Below are positions 13,652 to 25,911 of a stretch of 64,000 nt of DNA, piece after piece. Every line of letters begins with the position of its first letter. The first letter of the stretch is position 1. The notes under the pieces are model-generated. The model was not told the origin of the DNA, searched no databases, and saw nothing but the letters and a program-made list of their open reading frames with translations. Both the position numbers and the translations under genes were made by a program. Source of the DNA: Saccostrea echinata (lineage: Eukaryota); assembly GCF_033153115.1 (NCBI RefSeq), contig NW_026889824.1, forward strand, positions 3,100,001 to 3,164,000, in the 5' to 3' direction.

Positions 13652-14657
13652 CAGTTGAGCCTCATTTATCCGAACGCTTTGGTTCCCAGTCAATTTGTCC
13701 GGACATGTGAAGCGTCTGGATACCTAAATTGCGTTGATTTTATTTTTATGGCCTGTCGTACCATTGGTAATAGTAAATTTGTTTTATTGTTTAAATACTT
13801 TAATATATATTAGTACTCGCTTGTTTAAATAAAATAAAAAAGTACATTGTCATTGAATGAAACGTTGTTTATGTGAAAACATTAATTATTTCTACTTCCC
13901 AGTGTCTATGAGTCAACTTCTCCTAGCCACGTGTCTGTATAGCTGGTAGAGAAAAAAAAACTGTCGGTAGAGTCTTATTTAATATGAACGCCCATCAATG
14001 CTATATCATTAAATGTGAAATTTATTAACTGCACTTGTATACGTATGCTAATCATAATCACCCCAAGCAAGATCGATTTATTACCGATTGTGTAATAATG
14101 AAGTGATTTTATAAATGTCATCAAATCACAGAATCCCTTTTGCGCACAAAATACTGTGCATAAAAAACACCGATGTCATGTCTATAAGTAGCAATACATA
14201 AAACCATGTCACGACTGTATTCTAACAGTAAAAAAAATAAATTTGCCGACTACGAAAAATTATAGACTTAAAAAATTATTTTCCTTAATTAATACGTATC
14301 GAATACATGTTTAAGAAGCGAGAGTCTCGTGCGTACCTATTGGCCTATAATTAACCTTGCATCAAAGCTATTGATAACAGGTCGCAGGTGATCATCTTTT
14401 AAAACAAACAGCAAAGCCAGTGTTTTACAACAACTAATACCCTGATCAAGAAATTTTAGCAGAGTTGACAGACCAATTAAAAAATTCCGTCCGGATAAAT
14501 GAACCAAAATATAACGTAAAAATCATTTTGTGAAAAAAGACCGTTCGGAAACCGAACGCGGAATTCCTGATAAACAAGACAAAATAACATTAAAAAATTC
14601 CGTTCCCATGAAGAATCGTCCGGAAACTAAAGCGTTCGGATATCTGAAGGTCCACTG
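13652..14657. mobile_element. Non-autonomous Tc1/mariner-pogo-like DNA transposon
   Basis: Imperfect TIRs CAGTTGAGCCTCATTTATCCGAACGCTTT / AAAGCGTTCGGATATCTGAAGGTCCACTG, TA on the right flank. Absent from the duplicated copies near 19470 and 38800. Confidence 0.7.
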
Positions 14658-15239
14658 TAATCAAAAATTAATGTTACATAGCAAAATACAAGATGAATAA
14701 AGTTCCTGTTCATTAAGTTTTTATGTGTTATTGGGTCTTGACTTAGGCACTTACATTGCACATTTAATTTTCCCAAAATTGAAAAGGTGTTAAAATTGCC
14801 CATTTACGACAATGTAGGAAATATTTCAAAAGTTATCTGCACTGGTTTAATTACTTGACCCTTGGAAAAAATGCAACAACATTAATGCTACTTGAAAACT
14901 TCTTTAGCTCTCCTTTCATTAAGAAGTCAGAAGATTCAACATACACTGCCTTCATTTTGCAAAGTACCTTGTTATTTGCATTTTGATTACGCATAAATTT
15001 TATTGGAGTTAGAAATTAAGGTGCACTTTCATAACGAAATAGGTCAAGATATACAGTAAATTAAATAAAATATATTGCTTCTAAGTCAGTTTTCCAGCTA
15101 TTAATAAATTTCAGATCTTTTTACTTAGCAAACAAGATTTCGGTTTTATTCAACTATCATTCAATGAGGAATCGAAAGTGCAGTTAATATAATAAGGAAA
15201 TGTTACTACACACGGCAGATTGGGATCAATGTATAATAA

Positions 15240-16715
15240 CTAAATATCATGGCAACCTTTATACTTAACCACTTTCACAAGCCCTTCAGCAGTTCCCACC
15301 CACAGTGCAGACTTGTACAGCGATAATACCAATGGGTGTGTTACGTCTTTTTCTCTCAATAAGTATTTCAAGAACTCCCCTTCCGGACTCAACAAATGGA
15401 TATTAGATGTTTCAATAACAAGAATGTTACAGGTGGAGTCGCACACAATGTCGGATGGAAAAAAGTCCTCTTTCAGGTTCTGGCCACGATAGACAGATCT
15501 CAGACGATCACGAGCAAAGACAATCACAACCTCACCTGTTTCATGTTTTGTAGAGTTCGTAACATAGATATCAGAGTTATTGTTTTGACAGAGTCTGTAC
15601 GGTCTTGTAAATAGTCTGGTTTGACCGTCCTCCCTGAACTCATACTCGTGAATGCCATCACCGGTCAATGTCAAGTGTTTAACTAAACGTCGGCTGTGCG
15701 AGTCTAATGTATAAGCATCTGTTTCAGAATCTTCTAAAGAAACATAAAACCCACTATCCACTGAATTACATATTCCTCCAGGTTCCAGGGGATCGGTACT
15801 CAAAAGTTTTGAGATGGATCCTGATGGAGAGAGGTAATATATGGAATTGTCCCCTCCCGATGTGAAATAAATTCTATTATTATTTAAACAAAAGTCATTT
15901 AAATCGATTCTGAATTTCTGTTTCTTCTCGCCCTGTCTGTTGACCAGTTCAATGAAATCTAATTTTCCAGCCATTAAATAACATTCATCTTCACTTAATG
16001 CCCCCGACAGTAAAACTAAATATTCGCTGTATTGAAATGAATTTGCTTCTCTAGCACTGATATCATCTAAATCAAAAATTTGACCTGACATGGACTCCAA
16101 CAAATCATCATCAATGTCCCCTCCTCTGTATCGAATTGAATAGTTCTCTTGGTCAATTAATGTCCAAGTCATCTAGCAAGCGTGTGAGGTCTCTGTGGTT
16201 CTCTATGAAGTTCTTATCAGATATGGTTCTACTGTTCTCCTCCATGTATATTTTACCATTTCAATTAGTTGTTTCTTTTCCTTGTCCATTCGGGATTTCT
16301 CAATGGCTAAATGTTCGTTTTTCTTACGCAAATTGCTTTTTAATACTTCCTCTTTGCGATCCCTGATATCTGTCAGCTTGGCTATGATTTCATTAAAATG
16401 CTTCTCTACATTTTTCATCTGGGATTCACATGTTCTTTCATTTTCAGCCTTCTTTTTAATTATCCTCTCATCCACCTTCGGCAATTGCACTTCCTTTATG
16501 TCCCTTAGAAACTTTAAAAGTCCTTTTCTCCTCTGACTGGCCGCCACACCCTGTGTGACCCAGTTATGTCCACTGTGGTCCGTTTTTGCACATGTAGAAC
16601 AAATGAATATATGACAGTCCTCACACACCAAATCGATAGGTAAACCATGATTTTCACACATTTGTATATGTTCCTGAGGAGAACCAACTGGGTATTTTGA
16701 ATTACAAACCGCCAT
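15240..16715 (-). pseudogene. B-box/coiled-coil/NHL (RING-less TRIM-like) gene, copy A, frameshifted
   Basis: B-box2 CENH...CEDC..IC.TC...DH.GH, coiled coil and NHL-like beta-propeller. Compared with copy B there is a +2 insertion near 16248 and a +4 (AATT) insertion near 16158, with a TAG at 16203 between them. Confidence 0.85.
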
Positions 16716-18822
16716 TTTATAAACCTACCTCTGTCAGTGACTTGCAGTAAAGATTGAAGTACGGCTTAAACTAAGGTTTTAGCATAAATGTGCAAACATG
16801 CGTTGATATATAGTACCGTATTTCTTTAAACTACATTAACAGTCAGAAGACAAGACAGTTATGTGTTCAGAATGTAAATTATTTTGATTTTGTTTACATT
16901 GAATTTTCTTAAGAATATTTATAGAGGAGGTGTAGTTGATCTCTTTTTATTTTATTGAACTGTCAAAAGGAGAAATAAAAGATAATTTCATAATAATTTA
17001 CGTTATGAAACTTCAAACGAAAAAAAAGATTGTTTACTTCTGTCCCATACCGTGTCTTTCAAAAATATGCAGGGAGGGCTGAGAGTAGAGGGGTGGGCGG
17101 TTAGCTTTTGGTTTGTGCAGACAAATACTCGGTTAATAAAAATCAATCTTATTTTCATAGAAATCCCCTAACTGATAAATTGCACATTAAATAGGAGTAA
17201 TTGTACATGTACTCTTTAAAATAGAACAAAAGACAAAGTTCCAAATATTTCGAAAATAACCAGAAAATTTATCCATGTCAGCCTTGCATGTTTTATTACT
17301 AATGTTAGCCTATTTTAAATTATTCTTATTGTATTTTCAGGAGATTTATATACTAGTACCTATCTTTCTCCTAGCCTTTATTTAAAAATTAAATCATTCC
17401 TAGTAACTACTGTGCCTTGTATATAAAATGAAACATTACAAGGGTTTGAGATGGCCCGAATATACACAGGGCAGAGTAATGGCACGTTACTTTAAATTCT
17501 CTTTTATTGTATGTGTCAAAAGCCTGAAATATGTTATCTTGGTCATAGGTCATAATATTGCAATTTCACAGTTGATAACGTTTAATTCCTTGATCAACTT
17601 TCAAGTAATATCAAGCAGATAATCTTTTGCATTAAATACATATTTAACTGGTATGAAATTATGTGCAAACAATGCTTGTATTGTAGAAATGATTCTATTC
17701 TACTCAAGAAGGCAAGTTCTTTTCAGTAGCACGTAACTCATTTAATTCCCAAGTTATCCATTCATGGATCTCAACTACCAATTTCTCCTCTTCTAAATTT
17801 CGAATAACATCCACAATACCTTCGTGTTAGAATAAAAGTCAGACAACATTTTATTAATTATAGCTCAAAAGTCAAATATGAGGTCGAATTTCAATAAGAT
17901 TATATGATTTAGACAGAATATGTCATCTTGATTTACCGATAATAAGGTTAAAGGACAAATTGGCCATCCTCAACAAATGCATCTCTTTTACCAATGTCTG
18001 GGTTAACTCTAATAGCAGTCTTTAAAATATCTAATTTTACTTAATTAATCTCACTGAGGAAGCCAATGGAAAAATTCTTTGATGTTCCTACATTTACAAA
18101 TGTCTATGTATTGTGTATATAACGAGAAATTGGTCTTCAACCAAGAAAATCCCGGGATCAAGACTTGAAGTTGCCACTTTAACTTCATAGAAAATTTCAT
18201 ATATACGCTTCCATTCATTGATCAATTTAATGTACACAGTATATTCTTGTGTCATATTATTAGATGGGGGATTACCTGGGAAAAGAACTTAAATAAAAAA
18301 CCTAATCCAAAAGAATCAGCGGTGAAAAATAACGAAGAGAAACACAACCAGCCGTAACGTTATTTATATTCTTATAATTATTCAAATATCACCAAAGACT
18401 ATTCACAGAACAAATAGAACAGCTACAGGTTTCCAAAATAGGGATGTCATGTATTGAGCAACACTAGAAACAATAAAAATAAGTGTTCCTTTTTAGATAA
18501 GCACCAGTTCAAAAAAAATCACAGAAACCAAAAAGGTACAGCATGCTACAACTGTAAATAGTTTAGATATAGAGAACATGTCAATGATATCTATTCTGAT
18601 CAGTATCATCAATCTTTCCACATATTCCACTAGAGGAAAAATATAATTACTAGTAAATCATCCACATTCGGATTGGAAAAAAAAATATTACTCAGAACTG
18701 GAACACATCCATTTCAAGGTGTGTTTATTATAAGGCATAAAAATATTTCACAATCTTGATGACAGAAACCACAAAATACTATCGAAACCCTTTGCAAATA
18801 TTATGTTTTCAACATAACGAAG

Positions 18823-19800
18823 TGGACATTTGTTAGGTCATTCGTAGAAATTCTTCGTATTCTGGGCAGCTTTTCTATTTATTACTTGATGTGGGGCATC
18901 TGTCATGTTGCTGCCAGAACCAGTGGTTGGGTTTCTGTAGCCACTAAATGCTGCTATGTTGCTTTATGGCAGCAGCTGGACCTTTTATAGGCATTAGCTC
19001 TTCTGTGTGGATGATGTCAAACCACTTTGAATTAATACCATACTCAGAGAAAAGATAAAAAGTCAAAATATAGAAACCAAGACTTTGTAGGTTTAGTGAT
19101 TTATTAGTTTTGTATCTCATACAGAAACTTGTTTTATATATTAATGTTGATATGTGTACTGACAACAAGTTGTCAATAAAAATTCTCCTTTTGTTTTTTG
19201 ATGTTTCAATATATAGTTAAACCTTGGTATCTTGAACTTCAGGAACATACATCCATGGGATACCTTTAAAATTTTACTGACTGGATTATCTATTCATGTG
19301 TGAATTAGATTTCTCAAACTTATATATCTCCAATCTCTTAAACACTCCCGAAATGTTCGAGATATCAAAGGTAAAAATTAGTTGTTAATGTAATACTATG
19401 TTTACACTTTTTGAAGATTTTAAGAAAATGTCATAAAAAGTTTAAAGCTGGTATATGTATAATGATAGTTGTTGACAAAGAAATTGCATAAGCATTAATT
19501 TTGGAACAAAACCCTTGCCATGAATTGAAAAAATCCACTTTAATTATTGATACTAAGCAAACTACAGAAAATAAAGTTGTTCATTTAGTGATCATGATCA
19601 AAACTGCAGATGTAAAACAACACGTCTCAATATTAGTATTTTTTCAAACTGGAGAATATATATCACATGCATTAGAAAAAATGAAAATATATACACATGT
19701 ATCTATCAAATATTGTGACATATTAAATTTCGTACATTATTTTCTTTTAAAATTAACATGGTACGTGAAAATTGTCAATTTGACACATATATTAGGTAAG
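18823..19800 (+). pseudogene. Duplicated fragment of the NEF1-like last exon and 3' flank
   Basis: Collinear with 12974-13650 (tggacatttgt...ccatactcagagaaaagataa, stop at 19056-19058), with internal deletions. Confidence 0.85.
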
Positions 19801-19807
19801 TAAAAAT

Positions 19808-20532
19808 ATTGAACAGTGATCAATGAAATATATGGAGATAACGAACAGTATTCAAGCTCAAAAATCCATTAAACAATACAAAATAGGAGCAGAGAAAACA
19901 CGGACCTCCAAACATCAGAGGTGGGATCAGGTGCCTTGGAGGAGTGAGCATCCCCTGCCGACCGGTCACACACGCCGTGTGCTCCTTGTCATGATCGGGA
20001 AATAACGGGAAAAATCCGTCGACAATTCAGTGTGTAAATAATGGCCTAACAATTAGTATGAAAAACGTCAGTCAGCATTTGACTCAATGATAAATTGTAT
20101 TTGCTGACAAAGTCATTGTATCGACCATAGAACTTACGAAATGATGACTTTAAACGAGACAGCTGATATTCTTGTTTCATCAACTTGTTTGTCAATAATT
20201 TACCTCGTTTTAGAAATTCCACATACGTAGAGCATGCTCTTGCGTATCGAATCAACTGAGAGATATATACCCCGTATGCAGGTTATGAAGGTATATTGCT
20301 GCATAAGTAAGGGAAGTTGACAATTGAAAAATTAAAGTCATCACGTTTATCATAAAGCTTGGTTGATAGATTACCATTAACGTCTTTTTCAAGTAAAATA
20401 TCCGAATATGAAACAGATGTGTCAGACTCTGTGGTATCTTTTATCTCAAGCTCACCAGGACATATTGTATCGACATAAGAATGGAAATAGCCATTGTTAA
20501 TTGACAATACGTCGTCAATATATCAAAATGTC
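19808..20532 (-). mobile_element. 5'-truncated retroelement: RT C-terminus/thumb and 3' UTR, probably Penelope-like (Naiad/Chlamys-type)
   Basis: Reads TF*YIDDVLSINN...LYDKRDDFNFSIVNFPYLCSNIPS*PAYGVYISQLIRYARACS...KFYGRY, with two in-frame stops. Clade assignment is from memory of this motif set. Confidence 0.75.
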
Positions 20533-20569
20533 AAAAAACCTAAAAGCAATGCAAGTCTTTCAACAGGGA

Positions 20570-20690
20570 TAAAACACTGAACCCTGGAAATTCCCGAGAT
20601 GGAGTTAGGTGCCTAGGAAGAGAAAACATCCCCTGTCGACCAGTCAAACCCGTCGTGAGCCCATGTATTGATCAGGTAGATAGGGTAATT
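20570..20690 (-). mobile_element. Short copy of the same retroelement 3' UTR (SINE-like fragment)
   Basis: aggtgcctaggaagagaaaacatcccctgtcgaccagtcaaacccgtcgtg matches 19928-19981. Confidence 0.65.
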
Positions 20691-21557
20691 CGTTTTATAT
20701 TTAATATATCTCATTTTAGGATTGTCCCAAATCCATAAACAATACTTGTTTTAAAATTATCGCAATGTAATGAACACGTGCATAAATCCAACGATTTTAA
20801 ATGCATATATTGAAAAACATTTAATTATTTCCAACATTTACGCTATTTTAAGGAAAATAGAGGAGATTTAGACCAAATGTCAAATGTCAGTAAAACTTTC
20901 AAATAAGAAATACGGGTATTATCTATGAAATCTCGGTTAAAAGGATATGTATCTTTTCTCCAATCCCTCATGTCATTACACCTTTTTGAAATGGTTATAA
21001 AGACTTTCGATTTTAAGGAACTAAAAAGTTAAGCCCTCAAGACTTTCTTGTCAGTAAGTTTTACTGTATAATAACTCTGAAGTACAGAAAAATTTATTTC
21101 TATTTAGAAATTCAGGGATATGAAAACACCACTGGAAAATATGTCAATGAATTTTCTACAAATTTTACGTTTTTATGCACTGGTTTAAATACTTATTGCA
21201 CCGACTTTGATACAGATGGCTCACCGGTCTTCTACTGGAAACAAGAAGTTAAGAGATTCGACCTACGCTACGTTCGTTTTGCAAAGTACCTTGTTATTAG
21301 CAGATTGATAAGAGATAAGTTTTTGGCAGGTGGAAATCAAGGTGCGTTTTCAGAGTGAAATACGTCAAGATATATAGTAAGTTAAAAATATATTGCTTCG
21401 AAGTTAGTGTTCGAGCTATCCCTAAAATTCAGTACGTTTTGCTTAGCACACAATTTCAATTTTATTACACTATCTTTCGATGAAGATTATAGCGTATAGT
21501 TATTACAATAAGGAAATGCTATTGCACATGGCAGCTTGGGATCAACAATATTATTAT

Positions 21558-22378
21558 ACACTTATTTCATGACTACAAGGGGAACAGTCAAGCTGTTGTC
21601 CCGAAGTAATGGGGAAGACCTGGAAAACTGTTGCCCGAGGCCGAAGGCAACAGTTTCCCAGGTCTTCCCCACTATCTAGGGACAACACTTTGACTGTTTC
21701 CCGAGTTGTCATGTAATAAGTGTTTTATAACCTAACCTTCTATAATTTCTTAAAGTAACGATATACACATAATAATCAATGGATTTTAAAATACATTGAC
21801 AAAAGTTTGTATTATTTCTTAAAACCAAACTAAACAAAATTGATATTTACAATATTCTCATAACGATTGGTGTAAAATCAGAAAAATTAATGGTGGTGAT
21901 ATTATCATGCACTAATAAATTGATGTATATACGTATTGTTTAGTAAACAACATAATGATGACTTGAAAGTTTGAATATAATACGCTGAGTCGTACGTTTA
22001 AGGAAAAGATCTATATCGAATGAGAGGGGCCTACATTTTCCCATATTACCCTCAGAAAAGGTGTTCTTGGCCTCATCTTTGAAGATATATTTAATTGAAT
22101 ACTATATTTTTATATGGGTATCGGGATTACTTTTCAAATGATAATTTCAAATTGAATGTCATGAAAATGCTTCAATTTATACATAATTCAATATTATAGC
22201 TGTAAGGTACGGGAAATTAATTATGACGTCATAATGGATCAGTTCAGCCAGGCAACAGTTCATTCTGTGTCCAGGTAAACAGTTTGACTGTTTCATGATG
22301 TGCAAAAGCATTAATCAAAATGAATCAGAAAACAGTTCAAAATACCTAATTACAATTTATATAGTAGGTTAGGTAATA
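21558..22378. mobile_element. Palindrome-headed non-autonomous element (Crypton-like) just 3' of TRIM copy B
   Basis: ~165-bp palindrome at 21558-21723 with GCCGAAGGC at its centre, then a second inverted pair tataacctaacct (21726-21738) / aggttaggtaata (22366-22378). Absent at the equivalent position of copy A (~15230). Confidence 0.65.
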
Positions 22379-22388
22379 GAACTAACTA

Positions 22389-23855
22389 TTACGGGAAACT
22401 TTTATACTTAAACACTTTCACAAGCCCTTCAGCAGTTCCCATCCACAGTGCAGACCTGCACAGTGTTAATGTTGATGGGGATATTTCTTTTTCTGTCAAT
22501 AAGTATTTCAAAAATTCCCCTTTAGGACTCAGCAAATGGATGAGACTATTACCTGGATCAATAACAAGAATGTTGTAGGTCGAGTCGCACACCAAGTCTA
22601 CTGGAAAAAAGTTCTCATTCAGGTTCTGCCCAAGATAGCTAGATCGCAAACGACCAGAGACAGATACAATTACAATCTCACCTGCATTGTCACTTGTTAT
22701 GTTCATAACACAAATATCAGAGTTATAGTTTTGACAGAGTCTTCCTGGCAATGTAAACAGTCTGGTTTGACCGTCCTCTTGGTACTCGTACTCGTGAATG
22801 ACATCACCGGTCAATGTCAAGTATTTCACTAAACGTCTGCTGTGTGATTCCAGTGGATAATCATCTGTTTCTGAATCTTGTAAAGAAACAAAAAATCCAC
22901 TGTCCAATGAATTACAGATTCCTAAAGATACCAGGGGATCTGTACTCAAAAGTTCTGAGATGGATCCTGATGAAGAAAGGTAACAGATGGTACTTTCCTC
23001 TCTCAATGTGAAATAAATACCATTAGTAGTTACACACATATCATTAAAATCAATAGTAAATTTCTGCTTCTTCTCGCCTTGTCTGTTGACCAATTCAATG
23101 AAATCTGATTCTCCATCCCGTATGTAACATTCATCTTCACTTAAAGCCTCTGAAACTAAAACCGGATGTTCCCCGTATTGAAATGAATTTGTTTCCTTAG
23201 CACTGATATCATCTATATTAAAAATTTGACCAAACATGGACTCCAACAAATCAACATCAATTTCCCCTCCTCTGAAGCGGATTGAACAGTTCTCTAGGTC
23301 AATGTCCAAGTCATCTAGCAAATGCGTCAGGTCTCTGTGGTTCTCTATTAAGTTCTTATCAGACATAGAACTGTTGTTCTCCTCTAGGTATTCCACTATT
23401 TCGAGTATATTCTTCTTCTTCTTTTCTATTCGAGATGTTTCATTTTCTAAATGTTTGTTTTTCTTACCAAGTTCACCTTTCAATGCTTCCTCAATGCTTT
23501 TCTTAATTTCTGTTAATCTGGCTACGATTTCATCAAACTGCTTCTGTACCTTTTTAATTAGGGAGTCATATGTACCTTCATTCTCAGTCTTCTTTTTTAA
23601 TATTTTCTCATCAATCGCTGGCAGCTGCTCTTTCTTTATTTTCCTTAGATATTTAAGGAGTTCCCTTTTCCTCTGAATGGCAGCCGTAGCCTGCGTGACC
23701 CAGTTATGTCCATTGTGGTCCGATTTGGCACACGTGGAACAAATGAATACATCACAGTCCTCACACACCATATCGATAGGAAAATCATGCTTTTGACACA
23801 TTTGAATATGTTCTTGAGGAGAACCAAGAGGGTATTTTGATTTACTAGCCGCCAT
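22389..23855 (-). CDS. B-box/coiled-coil/NHL-repeat protein (RING-less TRIM-like), copy B, intact 488 aa
   Basis: ATG at 23855 (MAASKSKYPLGSPQEHI) aligns with the paralog starts. B-box2 CQKH-CEDC-C-TC-DH-GH, a K/E-rich coiled coil and a C-terminal propeller (PVDLVCDSTYNILVID...IHLLSPKGEFLKYLL). Confidence 0.9.
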   Translation of the reverse strand: MAASKSKYPLGSPQEHIQMCQKHDFPIDMVCEDCDVFICSTCAKSDHNGHNWVTQATAAIQRKRELLKYLRKIKKEQLPAIDEKILKKKTENEGTYDSLIKKVQKQFDEIVARLTEIKKSIEEALKGELGKKNKHLENETSRIEKKKKNILEIVEYLEENNSSMSDKNLIENHRDLTHLLDDLDIDLENCSIRFRGGEIDVDLLESMFGQIFNIDDISAKETNSFQYGEHPVLVSEALSEDECYIRDGESDFIELVNRQGEKKQKFTIDFNDMCVTTNGIYFTLREESTICYLSSSGSISELLSTDPLVSLGICNSLDSGFFVSLQDSETDDYPLESHSRRLVKYLTLTGDVIHEYEYQEDGQTRLFTLPGRLCQNYNSDICVMNITSDNAGEIVIVSVSGRLRSSYLGQNLNENFFPVDLVCDSTYNILVIDPGNSLIHLLSPKGEFLKYLLTEKEISPSTLTLCRSALWMGTAEGLVKVFKYKSFP

Positions 23856-25911
23856 TATAAAGGCTTGTTGTAAAAAACTGAGTGGAGTGGAGTTATGTGG
23901 AGTCCTGGAGTGGAGTCTGTATTGTAACAGAATATAGAGTTGAAAATTCTCTAACATACAGTCTCTCCCTTGCCAATTTGAAAATGTATAAAGAATGAAA
24001 TAGGAAACGAAATTAATGTGCCAAAAAGCTAATGACCTTTAAATGTCACACAGAGGATTACCTAAATTGTTCATAACAATTAAAGACTAGGTGATATTGA
24101 CTATGCACTCCTATCTCAATCAGAGAAACCTAAAAAGGTGCCGACAGCTTTAATAGCAAACAGATAAATAGCAAACAGCTGCACTGAGGATTGAAATACT
24201 AAGATACATAATTATTTTTAGTAACTGGTTAATCTTTATTTATTTATTTATTTATTTTTTGTTGTTGTTGTTATCTATTAAAAAGGAAGTTGTCCTCTTT
24301 TGTGATATTTCATTGTTTTTCCCCCGCATTTTGTGTATTACAACTATTTACGTATCTCACTTTTTAGTTGTTGGTAAATTTCGGGAAACACAACAGAAGC
24401 TTTTAAAGATGTAGAGTTATGGAAGTTGAAAAGAATAGTTGATTCCTGTCATTTAACGCAATTTTCCCTCCTTCCATCTCTCATTTCTGTATGCCCCAGC
24501 TATAGCTGATGCCTGTGATCACTCAGAATCTTGGGAACTCCCTGATTTCAGAATAAATGTTACAAACAGTCAGAATTGAGCTAGTTCATGTTGTATGAAC
24601 CATATTGACAATGAATGAGTAAATGAAAAAAAAAATCATGACCTTCAAATGTCAACAATGCAAATAGCTTGTGTGTTTTGAATTTTTTTTTGCTTGGTAA
24701 CAGAGACTAAGTTACCCACATGCACTCCCATCATAACAGGCAAGAAGTCTTGACCGATTTAATTACTGCGTTAGAAATGCTTACTCAGTTGTTGCTTTTA
24801 AAAACAAATTTGCCTTAAACCTGTTAAAATGAACTGAATCAAATGCTACTGGTTTTGCTTTAGTCAGCAGAAAAGAATCTAGAATTACAGTAGGGCATAG
24901 TTTACAAATTGGTATCAATATATCAAAATCAGGAATTACAGTAAAAATACAATCACACATTCAACACACAATCAGTTTTGCAACTTCAACAATGCAGGGT
25001 CATATACCTGTTGGGAATGCTGGACAACTTATAAAATATATTTTATCTGTTATCAATTTAACATAATTGTAATGTTTGTTATTTAAGAAATTATAATAAA
25101 TAAAATATTAGATCCTATGTTCTAAAAATATAATTCTTATGATTCATAGTATAAGCGTCCATTAATTGATATATGGTCGTAAATGACACTAATTACATCA
25201 ACGCTCCTGAAACGTGTATACACAAGAAATCCAGCAGTTAAAATTAATTTGTATTCTTCGTATGAGTTATAAGATCATTAACACTAGCTTAAATGTTTGA
25301 TAGTAAATGATCCTTCCAGATAATGGAGATTAAGTAAGCCATAAATTTATTAGGCATGTGTTCTTCATCTATCTTGGATATCGTAATATTTACCTTCAAA
25401 GTTCAAAGTGACAAAAAATTCAAGAATACCAAGTCAGTAATTGTGAAATAAATTACTTCTTGATAGACAAGAAAGTATGTTACCTAATGTAAATTTCTTC
25501 ATTATTCAGGAGTGTCAACTGGGTTATAATTTTACCAACAAACATGGGTTGTATTAAAAAAAAATTACTGAGAAGATATGATTAATTTTTGCAACACATC
25601 TGTATGATATTCAGATAATTGAGACCTGATTTTTCTATGGATAATAACATCTCTGGATATATTTCAAATTATGGGCATTGTCTTCTACTACAAGATTTTT
25701 TCAGGAAAACTTTTTAGAAATTTTTCGCAATTTGGCAAAAAATGCTCGTAAGACTGTAAAGAATATTTTGAAATAAAATTTAAGTGGAATAACGTAAATA
25801 TTGTACACAGTAAGGGAAATATTGACAGCCTCAGCAACATCAAAGACAAAATGAAATAAATTTATTATATACTATAGACTATATTATACTATAAAGTTGA
25901 CAAAATATTAA

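Noticed and set aside
22536-23676. Plus-strand ORFs overlapping the TRIM genes (also 15396-16536, 52338-53463, 47649-48044)
   Set aside because: Antisense shadows of real coding sequence.
23856-23957. 34-aa N-terminal extension of ORF 22389-23957
   Set aside because: Encoded by the transposon TIR; paralogs start at the Met equivalent to 23855.
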